Counted from the stretch's first letter, positions 22,981 to 33,080 are shown. The stretch: 64,000 bases of DNA from an uncultured Chitinophagaceae bacterium (GCA_963840755.1 CAWJAG010000024.1:137249-201248); one strand, 5' to 3'. Numbers and translations are program-made. Notes: generated by a model from the letters alone, not told the origin.

Positions 22981-23026
22981 TGCTGTAATTATTAAAGAAC
23001 AAGTACTAAACTAAGTAAATAAACAA

Positions 23027-25493
23027 ATGAGAAAAATTTAATTATCTGCTGACAGTCGCCTTAACACTTATCTTTTGTCAGCAAGGCGCAAATCAGAAAA
23101 TGGAAAATTAAGCGGAACCGTAATTGACGGAAACACCAAAACCATCGAATCAGCTACTATTACCCTTATTAAGGGCTAAAAGACTCATCAGTAGCTAAAA
23201 TATGTGTGGCTGATAAAACCGGTAAATAAGAATTTGATGAGTGTCTACGAGGGCAGATATTTGGTTTCCATTTCGGCAGTTGGGCATCATAAAGGTATTT
23301 CTGAAACTTTTGAAGTCAATGCAGACCAAATTCAGATAGTTACATTAAAAACAATTGAATTGGTTCCTGTGGCTAAAAACCTGGGCGGGGTTACTGTTAC
23401 TGCAAAAAAACCATTGATTGAACAGAAGCTGGATAGAATAGTAGTAAATGTGGAAGCTTCAGTAACCAATGTTGGAAACTCTGCATTGGAAGTATTGGAA
23501 AAATCACCGGGTGTTACTGTTGATAAAGATGGTAACATAAGCCTGAAAGGAAAACAAGGTGTAGGTATATATTGATGGCAGACCAAGTTATTTAAGTGGA
23601 CCTGATTTGGCTAACTATGCTACGCAATATGAGTGCAAGCCAATTGGACCAGATCGAAATAATGACAAATCCGCCGGCAAAATATGATGCAGCAGGTAAT
23701 GCGGTATCATCAATATCAAAACAAAAAAGAACAAACAGTTTGGTTACAACGGAAGTATAACCTAACCGGTACACACAGGGCAGTTATGCCAGATTCAATG
23801 AGTCGCTAAATTTTAATTACCGTAATAATAAAATAAATCTGTTTACCAATTTGGATTATAACCGGAACATAAGGAGAAGACCTTGATATAACAGAAATTT
23901 CCGTGAATGCATCTACAAAAAATATACTTATCAATATTTGACCAGAAAATCAGATATGGAAAAGCAAAGTCATTTTACAATGGAAGATTGGGCTTGATTA
24001 TTTTGCCAGTAAAAAAACAACATTAGGTGTTGTAGTAAATGGATTTTATAATCCAAGTATCTGGCAAAGTAATACCAATATATCTATTTATGATCCCAAT
24101 AATGTTTTACAAAGCCAGTACAAACTGCATTTACCGAAAACGATAAAAAATGGAAAAATTTAGTAGCTAATTTTAATTTTCGTACAGTCATTGATTCAAC
24201 GGGCAGGAGCTGACAGCCGACCTTGATTATCATTACAATACAGATCAACCAATGCACAGCCACTTATCAGTTCTTATTATGATAATATGGGTAACCTTAC
24301 CAAAACACCGGATACTTTAATCGGTAACCTTGCCACAGAATATAACAATATATAGCGGCAAAGTTGATTATACATTTCCATTGAAAAAAGGTGCAAAATT
24401 TGAAGCAGGAATTAAAACAAGTTTTGTAAAAACAGATAATAATGCGAGCTATGATAGTTTGAAAAATGGGCAATCAGTACATGATATTAGCCGAAGCAAT
24501 CATTTTATTTATGATGAAAATATAAATGCTGCTTATGTAAACTACAGCAGGCCATTAAGTAAAAAATGGAACGCACAGTTTGGTTTGCGATTGGAAAATA
24601 CCAATGCAAAAGGCGATCCAGGTTAACAACGGTGCATAAATTTCAAAAGAAACTATACTCAGTTTTCCCACTGCTTATTTGCAATATACAGCCAATGAAA
24701 AAAATCAGTTTTGTTATTAATTATGGCCGAAGAATTAACGGCCCGATTATGAAGATCTGAATCCTTTTATTCATTTTCTTGACAGATATACTTTTGAACA
24801 GGGTAATCCAAACCTGAAGCCTCAGTTTGCTCATAACATTGAATTGAGCCATACCTACAAAGGTTTTCTAACAACAACATTGAATTATAGTAATACTACT
24901 GATATCATTCACAGGTACTGGAGCAAAATCGAGATAACCAATGAAACCTTTATTAAGAAAGCAAACATTGCCAGCACGAAAGCAGTTTGGTATTAGCAGT
25001 AAGTGCCAACTACAAAATTAACAAATGGTGGACAGGAAATATCTATGCAAATGTATACAATAACCATTTACAAGGGAATTGTAAACAACGAATATATTTC
25101 AATTGGCCTTACCATGTTTATGACGCAATTACAACAACAGTTTAAATTTGGAAAAGGCTGGGGTGCGGAAATAAGTGGCTTTTACCGTAGCAAAGGCTGT
25201 GGAAGGCGTATTTATATAAACCGATTGTACAGGTGAATGCTGGCTTTAGCAAACAGGTATTAAAAACAAAGGCAGCTTACGGTTAAATTTCCGGGATATA
25301 TTTGCCGGTACTATATTTAAAGGCTATAGTAAATATGGTAACAGTAGATGCACATTTACCAATATAAATGATAGCCGTTCAGGTAAGTCATTAGTTTTAC
25401 CTATCGCTTTAATAAAGGAAAATTAAAAGCGAACAGCGGCAGAAGAAAAGGTGGGGCAACTGATGAACAGAACGTGTAAAAAGGGGTAATTAA
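23027..25493 (+). CDS. TonB-dependent-receptor-like outer-membrane beta-barrel protein (heavily frameshifted)
   Basis: VTVTAKKPLIEQKLDRIVVNV, ALEVLEKSPGVTVD, YDENINAAY, GLRLENT, GNPNLKP fragments. Confidence 0.8.
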
Positions 25494-25629
25494 TAGTTCA
25501 TAAGGAACCGATGATAAATGATAACCCCCATTACGGGGCTTATTTTTTATATTTTATTGATGTTACCCCAAAAAGAATTTACATTTGAGCAAAAATTAAA
25601 AACCATAAACAACAAACTAAAAACTTATT

Positions 25630-26118
25630 ATGCCATCATTTGATATTGTAAGTAAAGTAGAAGCACAGGCATTGGATAATGCTGTGAATGTAGTTACCAA
25701 AGAAATCACCAACCGGTTTGATTTTAAAGGCTCCCATGTTGTTATTAATCTTGATAAAAAAGAATTTATAATCAAATTAGAAACCGATGATGATATGAAG
25801 ATGCGGCAGTTGATTGATGTACTCATAAGCCGGGCACATAAGCAGGGAATTGCTCCCGAAGCATTTGATGCATCCAAAGCAGGGGCGCAAAGCGGTAAAG
25901 TATGGAAGAAGGAAGTAAAAGTAAAAAATGGATTGGAACAGGAAGATGCCAAAAAGATAGTAAAGCTGATAAAAGATTCCGGAATGAAGGTGCAGGCATC
26001 AATAAATGATGATATGTAGGGTAACAGGAAAAAAAATTGATGACCTGCAGGCTGTTATTCAGCTTTGCAAGACTGGTAACCTGGAGTTCCTTTACAATAT
26101 GTGAATATGAGGGATTAA
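25630..26118 (+). CDS. yajQ: YajQ family cyclic-di-GMP-binding protein (frameshifted near 3' end)
   Basis: MPSFDIVS, NRFDFKG, KVQASI, VTGKKIDDLQ. Confidence 0.92.
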
Positions 26119-26189
26119 AAACCTGCTTTTAGCCGGTTTTCCTGTGCATAACAGGGTGCAAAACGGGTGCATATCAAAACCATCAAAAA

Positions 26190-26222
26190 TTTGGAAAGAG
26201 CTATTCTGATAAACTATATTTG
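26190..26222 (+). promoter_or_regulatory. Bacteroidota primary-sigma promoter for the putative ncRNA
   Basis: TTTG (26190-93), 21-nt spacer, TATATTTG (26215-22). Confidence 0.75.
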
Positions 26223-26227
26223 ATATA

Positions 26228-26447
26228 CAACTGCACGGAGTTTTAGCAATAAAACGAAATGCACGGAGGAAAGAAGCCCGTTAAAAGGCAGAAAAAACTC
26301 TGGGAGAAATGGAAGCCCCTTAAAAGGTGAAAGTAACTCCAGGAAGAACTGAAACCCCTCAAAAGGTGGAAATTTTCCAGAAAGCATCAGGTAAGTAAAC
26401 AGAAGGCGAAAGCTGGAAAGTTAGCTGACTTGGTGCTTTCATCTTTT
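26228..26447 (+). ncRNA. putative stand-alone structured RNA with repeated stem-loop modules
   Basis: own promoter, five hairpins with GAA/GAAA internal loops, three 39-nt repeats, closing 13-bp stem followed by ATCTTTT. Confidence 0.7.
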
Positions 26448-26455
26448 ATACTATT

Positions 26456-26549
26456 AACCACAGATGAACGTAGATGCACACAGATAATTCTGTAGCTAAC
26501 CTTGTATTTTATGGTTCTTTTCTGTGTTTATTTGTGTCCATCTGTGGCT
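26456..26549. repeat. inverted 10-mer array (CACAGATNNA-type), MITE-like
   Basis: CCACAGATGAACGTAGATGCACACAGAT ... TCTGTGTTTATTTGTGTCCATCTGTGG. Confidence 0.7.
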
Positions 26550-26569
26550 AAATTACTTTTCTTATATTA

Positions 26570-26602
26570 TTTGGCTAAAAAGCCCTCACCGGCCTATCTT
26601 TG
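26570..26602 (+). promoter_or_regulatory. promoter of rpmE
   Basis: TTTG (26570-73), 21-nt spacer, TATCTTTG (26595-602). Confidence 0.7.
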
Positions 26603-26664
26603 CTCCCCTAAAATTATCTATTCATCTGTACGGCAAAATCCGTGCAGCCTTAAAAATCATAATT

Positions 26665-26916
26665 ATGAAAAAAGGAATCCACCCCGATAAGTATCGGTTA
26701 GTTATTTTCAAAGACATGAGTAATGGTCACAGCTTTCTCAGCCGCTCCACAGCAGAGGCAAAAGAAACTGTAAAATGGGAAGATGGCAACGAATACCCAT
26801 TAATTAAACTGGAGATTTCAAACACATCTCATCCTTTCTTTACCGGTAAAAATATGCTGGTAGATACTGCAGGCCGTATAGACAAGTACAAAAAGAAGTA
26901 CGCAAAAAAAGCATAA
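26665..26916 (+). CDS. rpmE2: 50S ribosomal protein L31 type B
   Basis: MKKGIHP, EISNTSHPFFTG, AGRIDKY; no Zn-ribbon cysteines. Confidence 0.95.
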   Translation: MKKGIHPDKYRLVIFKDMSNGHSFLSRSTAEAKETVKWEDGNEYPLIKLEISNTSHPFFTGKNMLVDTAGRIDKYKKKYAKKA

Positions 26917-26981
26917 TAATATTAACTTGTGCAGTACTCTTGCGTAGAGTGAGGAGTTTTGTTTTTCATGGCTATACTTTT

Positions 26982-27015
26982 GACCCTCCTGACTCTTCAG
27001 GAGGGTTTGTTTTTT
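26982..27015 (+). terminator. intrinsic terminator after rpmE
   Basis: ACCCTCCTGA-CTCT-TCAGGAGGGT followed by a T-rich run. Confidence 0.8.
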
Positions 27016-27169
27016 GGGAATAGGGAGAATTAAAACAGCTAAGTATTAATACCTGTTTATAGAATATACCATAAAAAGAGTATTGCTGAAACCATAAAAA
27101 GGTATTTACTTACATTAAAATAGCAAGTAAGAATAAATAGTTCTTATAGCGTTTAACAGATAATACTTC

Positions 27170-27288
27170 GTTAATCGAAATCTTGGAACATTCAAAACAC
27201 AACGATGTATAGCACTGCGAACGCACCGGAAACAGTGTGTTCCTTTTGCTATATCAGTTGTGTTGGGTTTCCAAAACCCTCGATTAAC
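27170..27288 (+). promoter_or_regulatory. long rod-like RNA hairpin upstream of the lipoprotein/toxin gene
   Basis: nested stems GTTAATCGA/TCGATTAAC, TTGGAA/TTCCAA, AACACAAC/GTTGTGTT, TATAGCA/TGCTATA, GAACGCAC/GTGTGTTC. Confidence 0.7.
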
Positions 27289-27380
27289 AGTATATATGTG
27301 TAAAGGGTACACCGTTACTCATTTTAGCGGTTTGCTAATGCAACTAAAACCATTTTATTGAACTCTTTAAAAAACCGCTT

Positions 27381-28933
27381 ATGAATTTTAAAGTAAAACT
27401 GTATCTGACAATCATGGTAGCCGTATTGGCATATGCTGCATGCCGGAAGGTAGATAACCAGCCGGAAAAGCCGATGATACCGATATGGTATCCCAAGCAA
27501 GATTTTTTGCGGAACATACTTCTAACAATCCATTTGTAAAGTCATTAATGCAATACATACAAAGAGCGAATGACAAGGATAATTTTGTAGAAAAAATAAT
27601 ATCAAGGGTTGGCTATCCTAGGTGGGATAAATCAGTTATTAGAAAAGGCAATTTGGTTAACGGAAGGGGTGCAACGGACAGTACAGATATAACTTATATA
27701 CCTTTTGTAAGGGATAGTCAAAATTATGTAAATGCTACATTGGGTATTTTTACAAGCCCATCTGACACAATGCTTAAATTTATTGCGACTGGCAGTACAA
27801 TAAACCGGAGTATGTATCTGATTCTGTTGCCGAAAAATTTGCTTTGTTTTTCATGAACATGGATAAAGCTGTATTTGGCTATTCTGATTTTACAATTACT
27901 GATGATTCATTATTTAATAGCCGCCCTAAGGCTGGGGCTGGAACAATATAGAAAAGTAGTATTGTCAAGCACACCAATAACTGCCGGAAGGGGTAGTCTT
28001 GATGGGTTTGAGTATTGTGTGTCTGGGCATGTATGTGGAAACACAACTTGGTGTACTGCTAATGCACCGGGGGATGTGATTACGAAAATTGTGCTGCGAA
28101 TCCTGATGAATGTTATGCATTTGAATATTGCTGGGATACTGGAACAGGTGGGTACTTCTGGGGGGAAATACAGGTGGTACTGGAGGTAGTGGTGGGTTGT
28201 AACCGGCGGTGGTGGTGAAGCCCCGCCTCCAGAGGGTGGTACACCGCCTGAATGCCAAGGAGGTATTGGTTCAAGAGGAACAATTAACGAAAACTGTGGC
28301 CCGGGCTGAACCCCAACTGGGGGAAATAATAACCCACCACCCCCACTTGAGCCAATTGATTCACTTTTAGCAAGGTATTCAAGGGTAGTAAACAGACTGA
28401 CAGATTCAATCTTTCAGTTAAGCATGGCAAACGATGAAGAATGGGGGTTTGTTATTGTTAAAAAGAACGACTCGATTTATGCCAAGAATATTCGTACTGA
28501 TCATAACCCAGATATGGTTCGACCTTTTTATTTATTAAATCTATCTTTTGGTGAAGTTGTACTTGGTGCTGTTCATATACATTTTGACCTGGATAGTACT
28601 GGAAGATCATTTGTTTCTGGAGGAGATTTTGAGGGACTTCGTTATCATTTTGTTCAAAATTATGTAAGCTTTATAGATGCTGGAAATGTGAGGTATGCAA
28701 TGGTTGTAGAAAATCCAACTACTTTAGGTACATATTTGAATTCAATCCAAGATAAATACTATTTAAATGAGGCTCATTATAATATGTCACTCTCTGATAC
28801 AATACCGGGTAATTGGAGAGAGAAAACTCAAAGACAGTTCTTTAGTCTTTTTGGTATTAACAGCTCAACCAAGGGTGTCGGTATATATATATCAACTAAT
28901 TCAGAAAAAACATCATACATAAAACTTAACTAA
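27381..28933 (+). CDS. lipoprotein with Gly/Pro-rich linker and C-terminal JAB/MPN-like domain, putative polymorphic toxin (frameshifted)
   Basis: MNFKVKLYLTIMVAVLAYAAC lipobox at 27381; GGT-rich linker at 28150-28340; EEWG...HIH...SGGD in 28424..28933. Confidence 0.6.
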
Positions 28934-28935
28934 CT

Positions 28936-29355
28936 ATGAAAAAGATAATTTTATTATTCTGCCTGTTTTTTTCAATACAAACAATTGCTGCAGATAAAGT
29001 AATAATCACTAACAATTTTGAAAAGAAAAATGCTAATATTCAAGATACCATAGTAAGTTATCTTACTTCATTAGACTTAAATCAGTTTGTAGGAATGCCT
29101 ATTGATTCATTTTTAATACATCTACCAAGCAATTATACCCTGATGAAAATACTTACAGGAGATAGGTTAAAAAATGCTCATATGCTATATATAAAGTATA
29201 GTAATTCTGTCTATTTGGGGATTATAGTAAACCATTTTCAATTCATGAACCCATCTCCACCCCGAAGTTCTTGGAACATCACATTATTTCGAAAAGAAAA
29301 TATTTCATTCATTGAAATTTATAATGGTATTAATTGTATTAATGGGTGCAATTAA
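28936..29355 (+). CDS. small exported protein, putative immunity partner
   Basis: signal peptide MKKIILLFCLFFSIQTIA; starts 2 nt after the upstream stop; AT-rich. Confidence 0.6.
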   Translation: MKKIILLFCLFFSIQTIAADKVIITNNFEKKNANIQDTIVSYLTSLDLNQFVGMPIDSFLIHLPSNYTLMKILTGDRLKNAHMLYIKYSNSVYLGIIVNHFQFMNPSPPRSSWNITLFRKENISFIEIYNGINCINGCN

Positions 29356-29433
29356 CTTCAAAAAAATGCTATAAATACGGCAAAGGAATGGGATAGTAGC
29401 AAACCGTTTGGTAATATTTATTTCTCTGCAAAC

Positions 29434-29463
29434 AAAAAACCTCCCGTTTATCAGGAGGTTTTT
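29434..29463. terminator. bidirectional terminator
   Basis: AAAAAACCTCC-CGTTTATC-AGGAGGTTTTT between convergent genes. Confidence 0.7.
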
Positions 29464-29482
29464 AAAACCTGTTTATTTAAAA

Positions 29483-30196
29483 CTATTGCACAGTTGCTTT
29501 CTTAACATCCAGCAATTCCATATCAAATATTAATACAGAACCACCGGGGATAGAATTATAATCTGAAGCGCCATATCCTAATTGATAGGGTATATAAAGT
29601 TTGAATTTAGAACCCACAGCCATTAATTGTAAACCTTCTATCCAACCTTGTACTACCTTATTTACAGGCATCGTTAAAGGTTCGCCCCGGTTATAAGAAG
29701 CATCAAATTCAATTCCATCAATAAAAGTGCCCCTGTAATGGCAAACAAAAGTGTCTGCCACAGTTGGTTTTATGCCAGCACCCTCATTAATTACTTCATA
29801 TTGTAATCCGCTTGCGGTTGTAATTACACCGGGCTTCTTTTTATTTTCTGCCAGAAATTTTTCACCGGCTTTTATAGTTGGCACCGATTTCTGTGCTTGT
29901 ATCCTGCTTATATAAGCATTCATCAAACTATTTGCAGTTGCATCATCCATTAATGCTTTTTTGCCGGTAAGCAAATCATTAATCGCTTTTGATACAATAG
30001 AGGTGTTTAATTTCTTTACACCCATTTGTTTGTAAAAATTAGCTACACTTATACCAACTGCATAGCTGGCAGAGTCTTCCATGGTTTTTAAAAATGGGGC
30101 TGCTGGCTTAACCACAGGTTTTGGTGCAGGTTTTGTTTGGGAATTTGCAAAAGCAATTGAAAAAAGGGCAACAAAAATTAATAATAACTTTTTCAT
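29483..30196 (-). CDS. FKBP-type peptidyl-prolyl isomerase
   Basis: TASGLQYEV, HYRGT, FDAS, GWIEGLQLM, IPYQLGYG. Confidence 0.95.
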   Translation of the reverse strand: MKKLLLIFVALFSIAFANSQTKPAPKPVVKPAAPFLKTMEDSASYAVGISVANFYKQMGVKKLNTSIVSKAINDLLTGKKALMDDATANSLMNAYISRIQAQKSVPTIKAGEKFLAENKKKPGVITTASGLQYEVINEGAGIKPTVADTFVCHYRGTFIDGIEFDASYNRGEPLTMPVNKVVQGWIEGLQLMAVGSKFKLYIPYQLGYGASDYNSIPGGSVLIFDMELLDVKKATVQ

Positions 30197-30215
30197 TGAG
30201 TTAAAAGATTAAGGT

Positions 30216-31145
30216 TTATAAAGTTTTTAATACATCATTCATATTTCTTACTGCTTCTGCACTTTTATTAAATGCAGCCTGTTCAGTTTCATTTAATTTA
30301 AAGTCAAGGATTTTTTCCCAGCCATTTTTTCCAATGATAACGGGAACACCAAGGCAAATATCTTTTTGTCCATATTCGCCTTCTAATGCCACGCAGCAGG
30401 TAAACAGTTTCTTTTCATCTCTTACAATTGCTTCTACCATTGCCGCACCGGCAGCGCCGGGTGCATACCAGGCAGAAGTACCAATTAATGCAGTTAAGGT
30501 AGCACCACCCACCATTGTATCTTTTACAATTTTTTCCTGCTGCTCAGTAGATAAAAAATTGGTAACGGGTGTGCTGTTCCATGTTGCAAGCCGGATCAAA
30601 GGAATCATTGTAGTATCACCATGCCCGCCAACAACTACTGCATTCAAATCAGACGGGGAGCAATTAAGGTGCTGGCTCAATTGATACTTAAAACGGCTGC
30701 TGTCTAATGTGCCGCCCATTCCAATAATCCTATGCTTGGGTATGCCAGTAGAAGTTAATGCCAGGTAAGTCATTGTATCCATCGGGTTGCTGATAACAAT
30801 GATAATAGCATTGGGGGAGTGCTTCAAAATATTTTCACAAACACCTTTTACGATACCAGCATTTACACCAATCAGTTCTTCCCTCGTCATTCCCGGTTTG
30901 CGGGGCAGGCCGGAGGTAATAACCACTACATCGCTGTTAGCAGTTTTAGTATAGTCATTTGTGCTGCCGGTAATCTTTGTATCAAAGCCAAGCAGGGTGG
31001 CGGTTTGCATCATATCCTGTGCCTTGCCTTCGGCAACGCCTTCTTTAATGTCGAGCAATACCAGTTCGTTACACAATTCTTTTCGGGCAATATTATCAGC
31101 ACAAGTGGCACCAACCGCACCTGCACCTACTACAGTTACTTTCAT
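30216..31145 (-). CDS. mdh: malate dehydrogenase
   Basis: GAGAVG, GLPRKPGMTREEL, SNPMD, GGHGD, SAWYAPG. Confidence 0.97.
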   Translation of the reverse strand: MKVTVVGAGAVGATCADNIARKELCNELVLLDIKEGVAEGKAQDMMQTATLLGFDTKITGSTNDYTKTANSDVVVITSGLPRKPGMTREELIGVNAGIVKGVCENILKHSPNAIIIVISNPMDTMTYLALTSTGIPKHRIIGMGGTLDSSRFKYQLSQHLNCSPSDLNAVVVGGHGDTTMIPLIRLATWNSTPVTNFLSTEQQEKIVKDTMVGGATLTALIGTSAWYAPGAAGAAMVEAIVRDEKKLFTCCVALEGEYGQKDICLGVPVIIGKNGWEKILDFKLNETEQAAFNKSAEAVRNMNDVLKTL

Positions 31146-31207
31146 GAAAAATTATTTATTATGATTGAAATTTTTTCAGGGGCAAAGGTAAGGGTTTCGG
31201 CTGGGGG

Positions 31208-31705
31208 CTATTTCTTCAATTCAGTTAGAATTTTTTCTAAAGTCATAGAGCCTTGAAATACTGAAATCAGCCTCCCTTTTTTATCATAAAAAGCATGAAA
31301 AGGGAAGTTGTGCAGTTTGTAAAAAGTTGGCAAAAAATATTGAGTATCCTGTGCAAATACAATGTTTTTGTGGCCACCTAATTTGTATTTTTCCTTAAAT
31401 TCCTTTATTTGGTAAATAGGGGCTAAGCTGGCCATCACAATATGAGCCTCTTTAAATTTTTCAATATTCTGGCTGAGAATATCCGCCTCTTGCTGGCAAT
31501 GCTCACAGTGGGGGTCAAATAATACCAGTAACACACTTGTTTTCTTTGGTAACTTGTCTTTTGTATAAAACGAAGTGCTGTCGGGCAGCAACAATTTCGC
31601 CGGGGGATAGGTAGGAAATTTTTGATAGGGTGCAAGGATACTATCCTGAGCATGTATAGTTGTAAACAATAAAAGAAGGGTTAGGGGGGATAGATTTTTT
31701 TTCAT
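31208..31705 (-). CDS. exported thioredoxin-fold (redoxin) protein
   Basis: signal peptide; FDPHCEHC CxxC motif. Confidence 0.8.
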   Translation of the reverse strand: MKKNLSPLTLLLLFTTIHAQDSILAPYQKFPTYPPAKLLLPDSTSFYTKDKLPKKTSVLLVLFDPHCEHCQQEADILSQNIEKFKEAHIVMASLAPIYQIKEFKEKYKLGGHKNIVFAQDTQYFLPTFYKLHNFPFHAFYDKKGRLISVFQGSMTLEKILTELKK

Positions 31706-31838
31706 TCTTATAATTATAATCTTTTTTGAAGGGTAAATTTAATGCAAATCGGTTGTTGTATTGCCAAACAGTTATTCAGCCTTATCTTCGCCGCCCGCCA
31801 GATATAGTCGTGGCTCCAAAAAAATCAATTAAATTAAA

Positions 31839-32405
31839 ATGGCAAATACCTCAGACATCAGTCGTGGGCTGATAATTAACCTGGATGGCAGCCTTTACAC
31901 AGTGGTGGAGTTTGGTGAAAACAAAACCGCCCGTGCCGCAGCAAAAGTGTGGGCAAAATTAAAGGGGGTTGATAACAACCGCTCTATCGAAAAAACCTGG
32001 AATTCAGGGGATACGATTCACCCAGTAAGGGTAGAAAGGCGTTATTACCAGTTTCTTTATAAAGATGATACTGGGTACAACTTTATGGATAACGAAACCT
32101 TTGAGCAAATAGCCCTTCAGGAAAACTCTATTGATGCCCCGCAGTATTTGAAAGAGGGACAGGAAGTAGGGGTGATGGTTAATACCGAAAGTGATGCTGT
32201 ACTGGGTGCAGAATTGCCAGATAAGATTGTTTTAAAAGTAACTTATACAGAACCCGGCCTTCGGGGAGATACGGCTACCCGTACATTAAAACCAGCCACC
32301 CTTGAAACAGGAGCCACTATTGGTGTTCCTTTATTTGTAAATGAAGGTGAATTAATAAGAATAAACACAAAGAGTGGCGAATATGTAGAAAGGGTGAAAG
32401 AGTAA
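31839..32405 (+). CDS. efp: elongation factor P with atypical KTARAAA loop
   Basis: YQFLY, FMDNETFEQ, TEPGLRGDTA..KPATLETG..VPLFV. Confidence 0.93.
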   Translation: MANTSDISRGLIINLDGSLYTVVEFGENKTARAAAKVWAKLKGVDNNRSIEKTWNSGDTIHPVRVERRYYQFLYKDDTGYNFMDNETFEQIALQENSIDAPQYLKEGQEVGVMVNTESDAVLGAELPDKIVLKVTYTEPGLRGDTATRTLKPATLETGATIGVPLFVNEGELIRINTKSGEYVERVKE

Positions 32406-32422
32406 GCTTTTATAAAACTATA

Positions 32423-32459
32423 AAAAACGGCCTAAAATCACCCGATTTTAGGCCGTTTT
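32423..32459 (+). terminator. terminator hairpin after efp
   Basis: AAAACGGCCTAAAATC-ACCC-GATTTTAGGCCGTTTT. Confidence 0.75.
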
Positions 32460-32593
32460 GCTTTAAAATAACCCTTTTTTTAATAGAAATGAATTAAATC
32501 CTTGATATTCTCTTTTCGATTTCCTTACCTTAGCCGCCAGCGATTAAACAAAACAACATCCCTCATCCAAAACTTTCTACAAAATTGAAAACC

Positions 32594-33077
32594 ATGGATA
32601 TTAAACAAATACAGGAATTGATCAAAATGATCAATAAAACAAATATTGGTGAAATAACTGTAGAGCTCAAAGATTTTAAAGTTACAATCAAGCAAAAAGG
32701 GGAAAACATTACACAGATAATGTCAGCTGCGCCGGTACAGTCGGCCCAGTTTGCTCCGGCACAAATTGCAGCACCAGTAGCTGCTATTCGCACCAGTTGC
32801 TGAAAAACCAAAAGTTGATGAACCAGCACCTGCAAATACCATAACCATTAAAAGCCCGATGATAGGCACTTTTTACAGAAAGTCAGGACCCGATAAACCA
32901 AATTTTGCAGAAGTAGGAACTGAGGTTGCCCCCGGCAAAGTGGTTTGTATTATTGAAGCCATGAAACTCTTCAATGAAATAGAAAGCGAAGTAAAAGGAA
33001 AGATTGTAAAAATATTGGTAGAAGATGCTTCACCAGTTGAGTATGATCAGCCGCTGTTTTTGGTAGAACCTGCCTAA
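32594..33077 (+). CDS. accB: acetyl-CoA carboxylase biotin carboxyl carrier protein (frameshifted)
   Basis: MDIKQIQELIK; SPMIGTFY; IIEAMKLFNEI. Confidence 0.95.
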
Positions 33078-33080
33078 ATA

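Noticed and set aside
26265-26378. 39-nt repeats as a CRISPR array
   Set aside because: The units are contiguous and degenerate with no unique spacers, and there are no cas genes in the window.
26259-26396. Small repeat peptide (MHGGKKPVKRQKKLWEKWKPLKR, or the SPLKG repeat frame)
   Set aside because: All three frames are interrupted by stops, and substitutions preserve base pairing rather than amino acids.
26228-26447. Type III toxin-antitoxin (ToxI-like) repeat array
   Set aside because: The promoter-repeats-terminator layout fits, but no toxin ORF follows. The next gene is rpmE with its own promoter. An orphan antitoxin cannot be fully excluded.
26228-26447. RNase P RNA, glycine riboswitch or L31 leader
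   Set aside because: It lacks the GAGGAAAGUCC / P4 consensus and the glycine aptamer cores, and it is separated from rpmE by a hairpin, a repeat and a second promoter.
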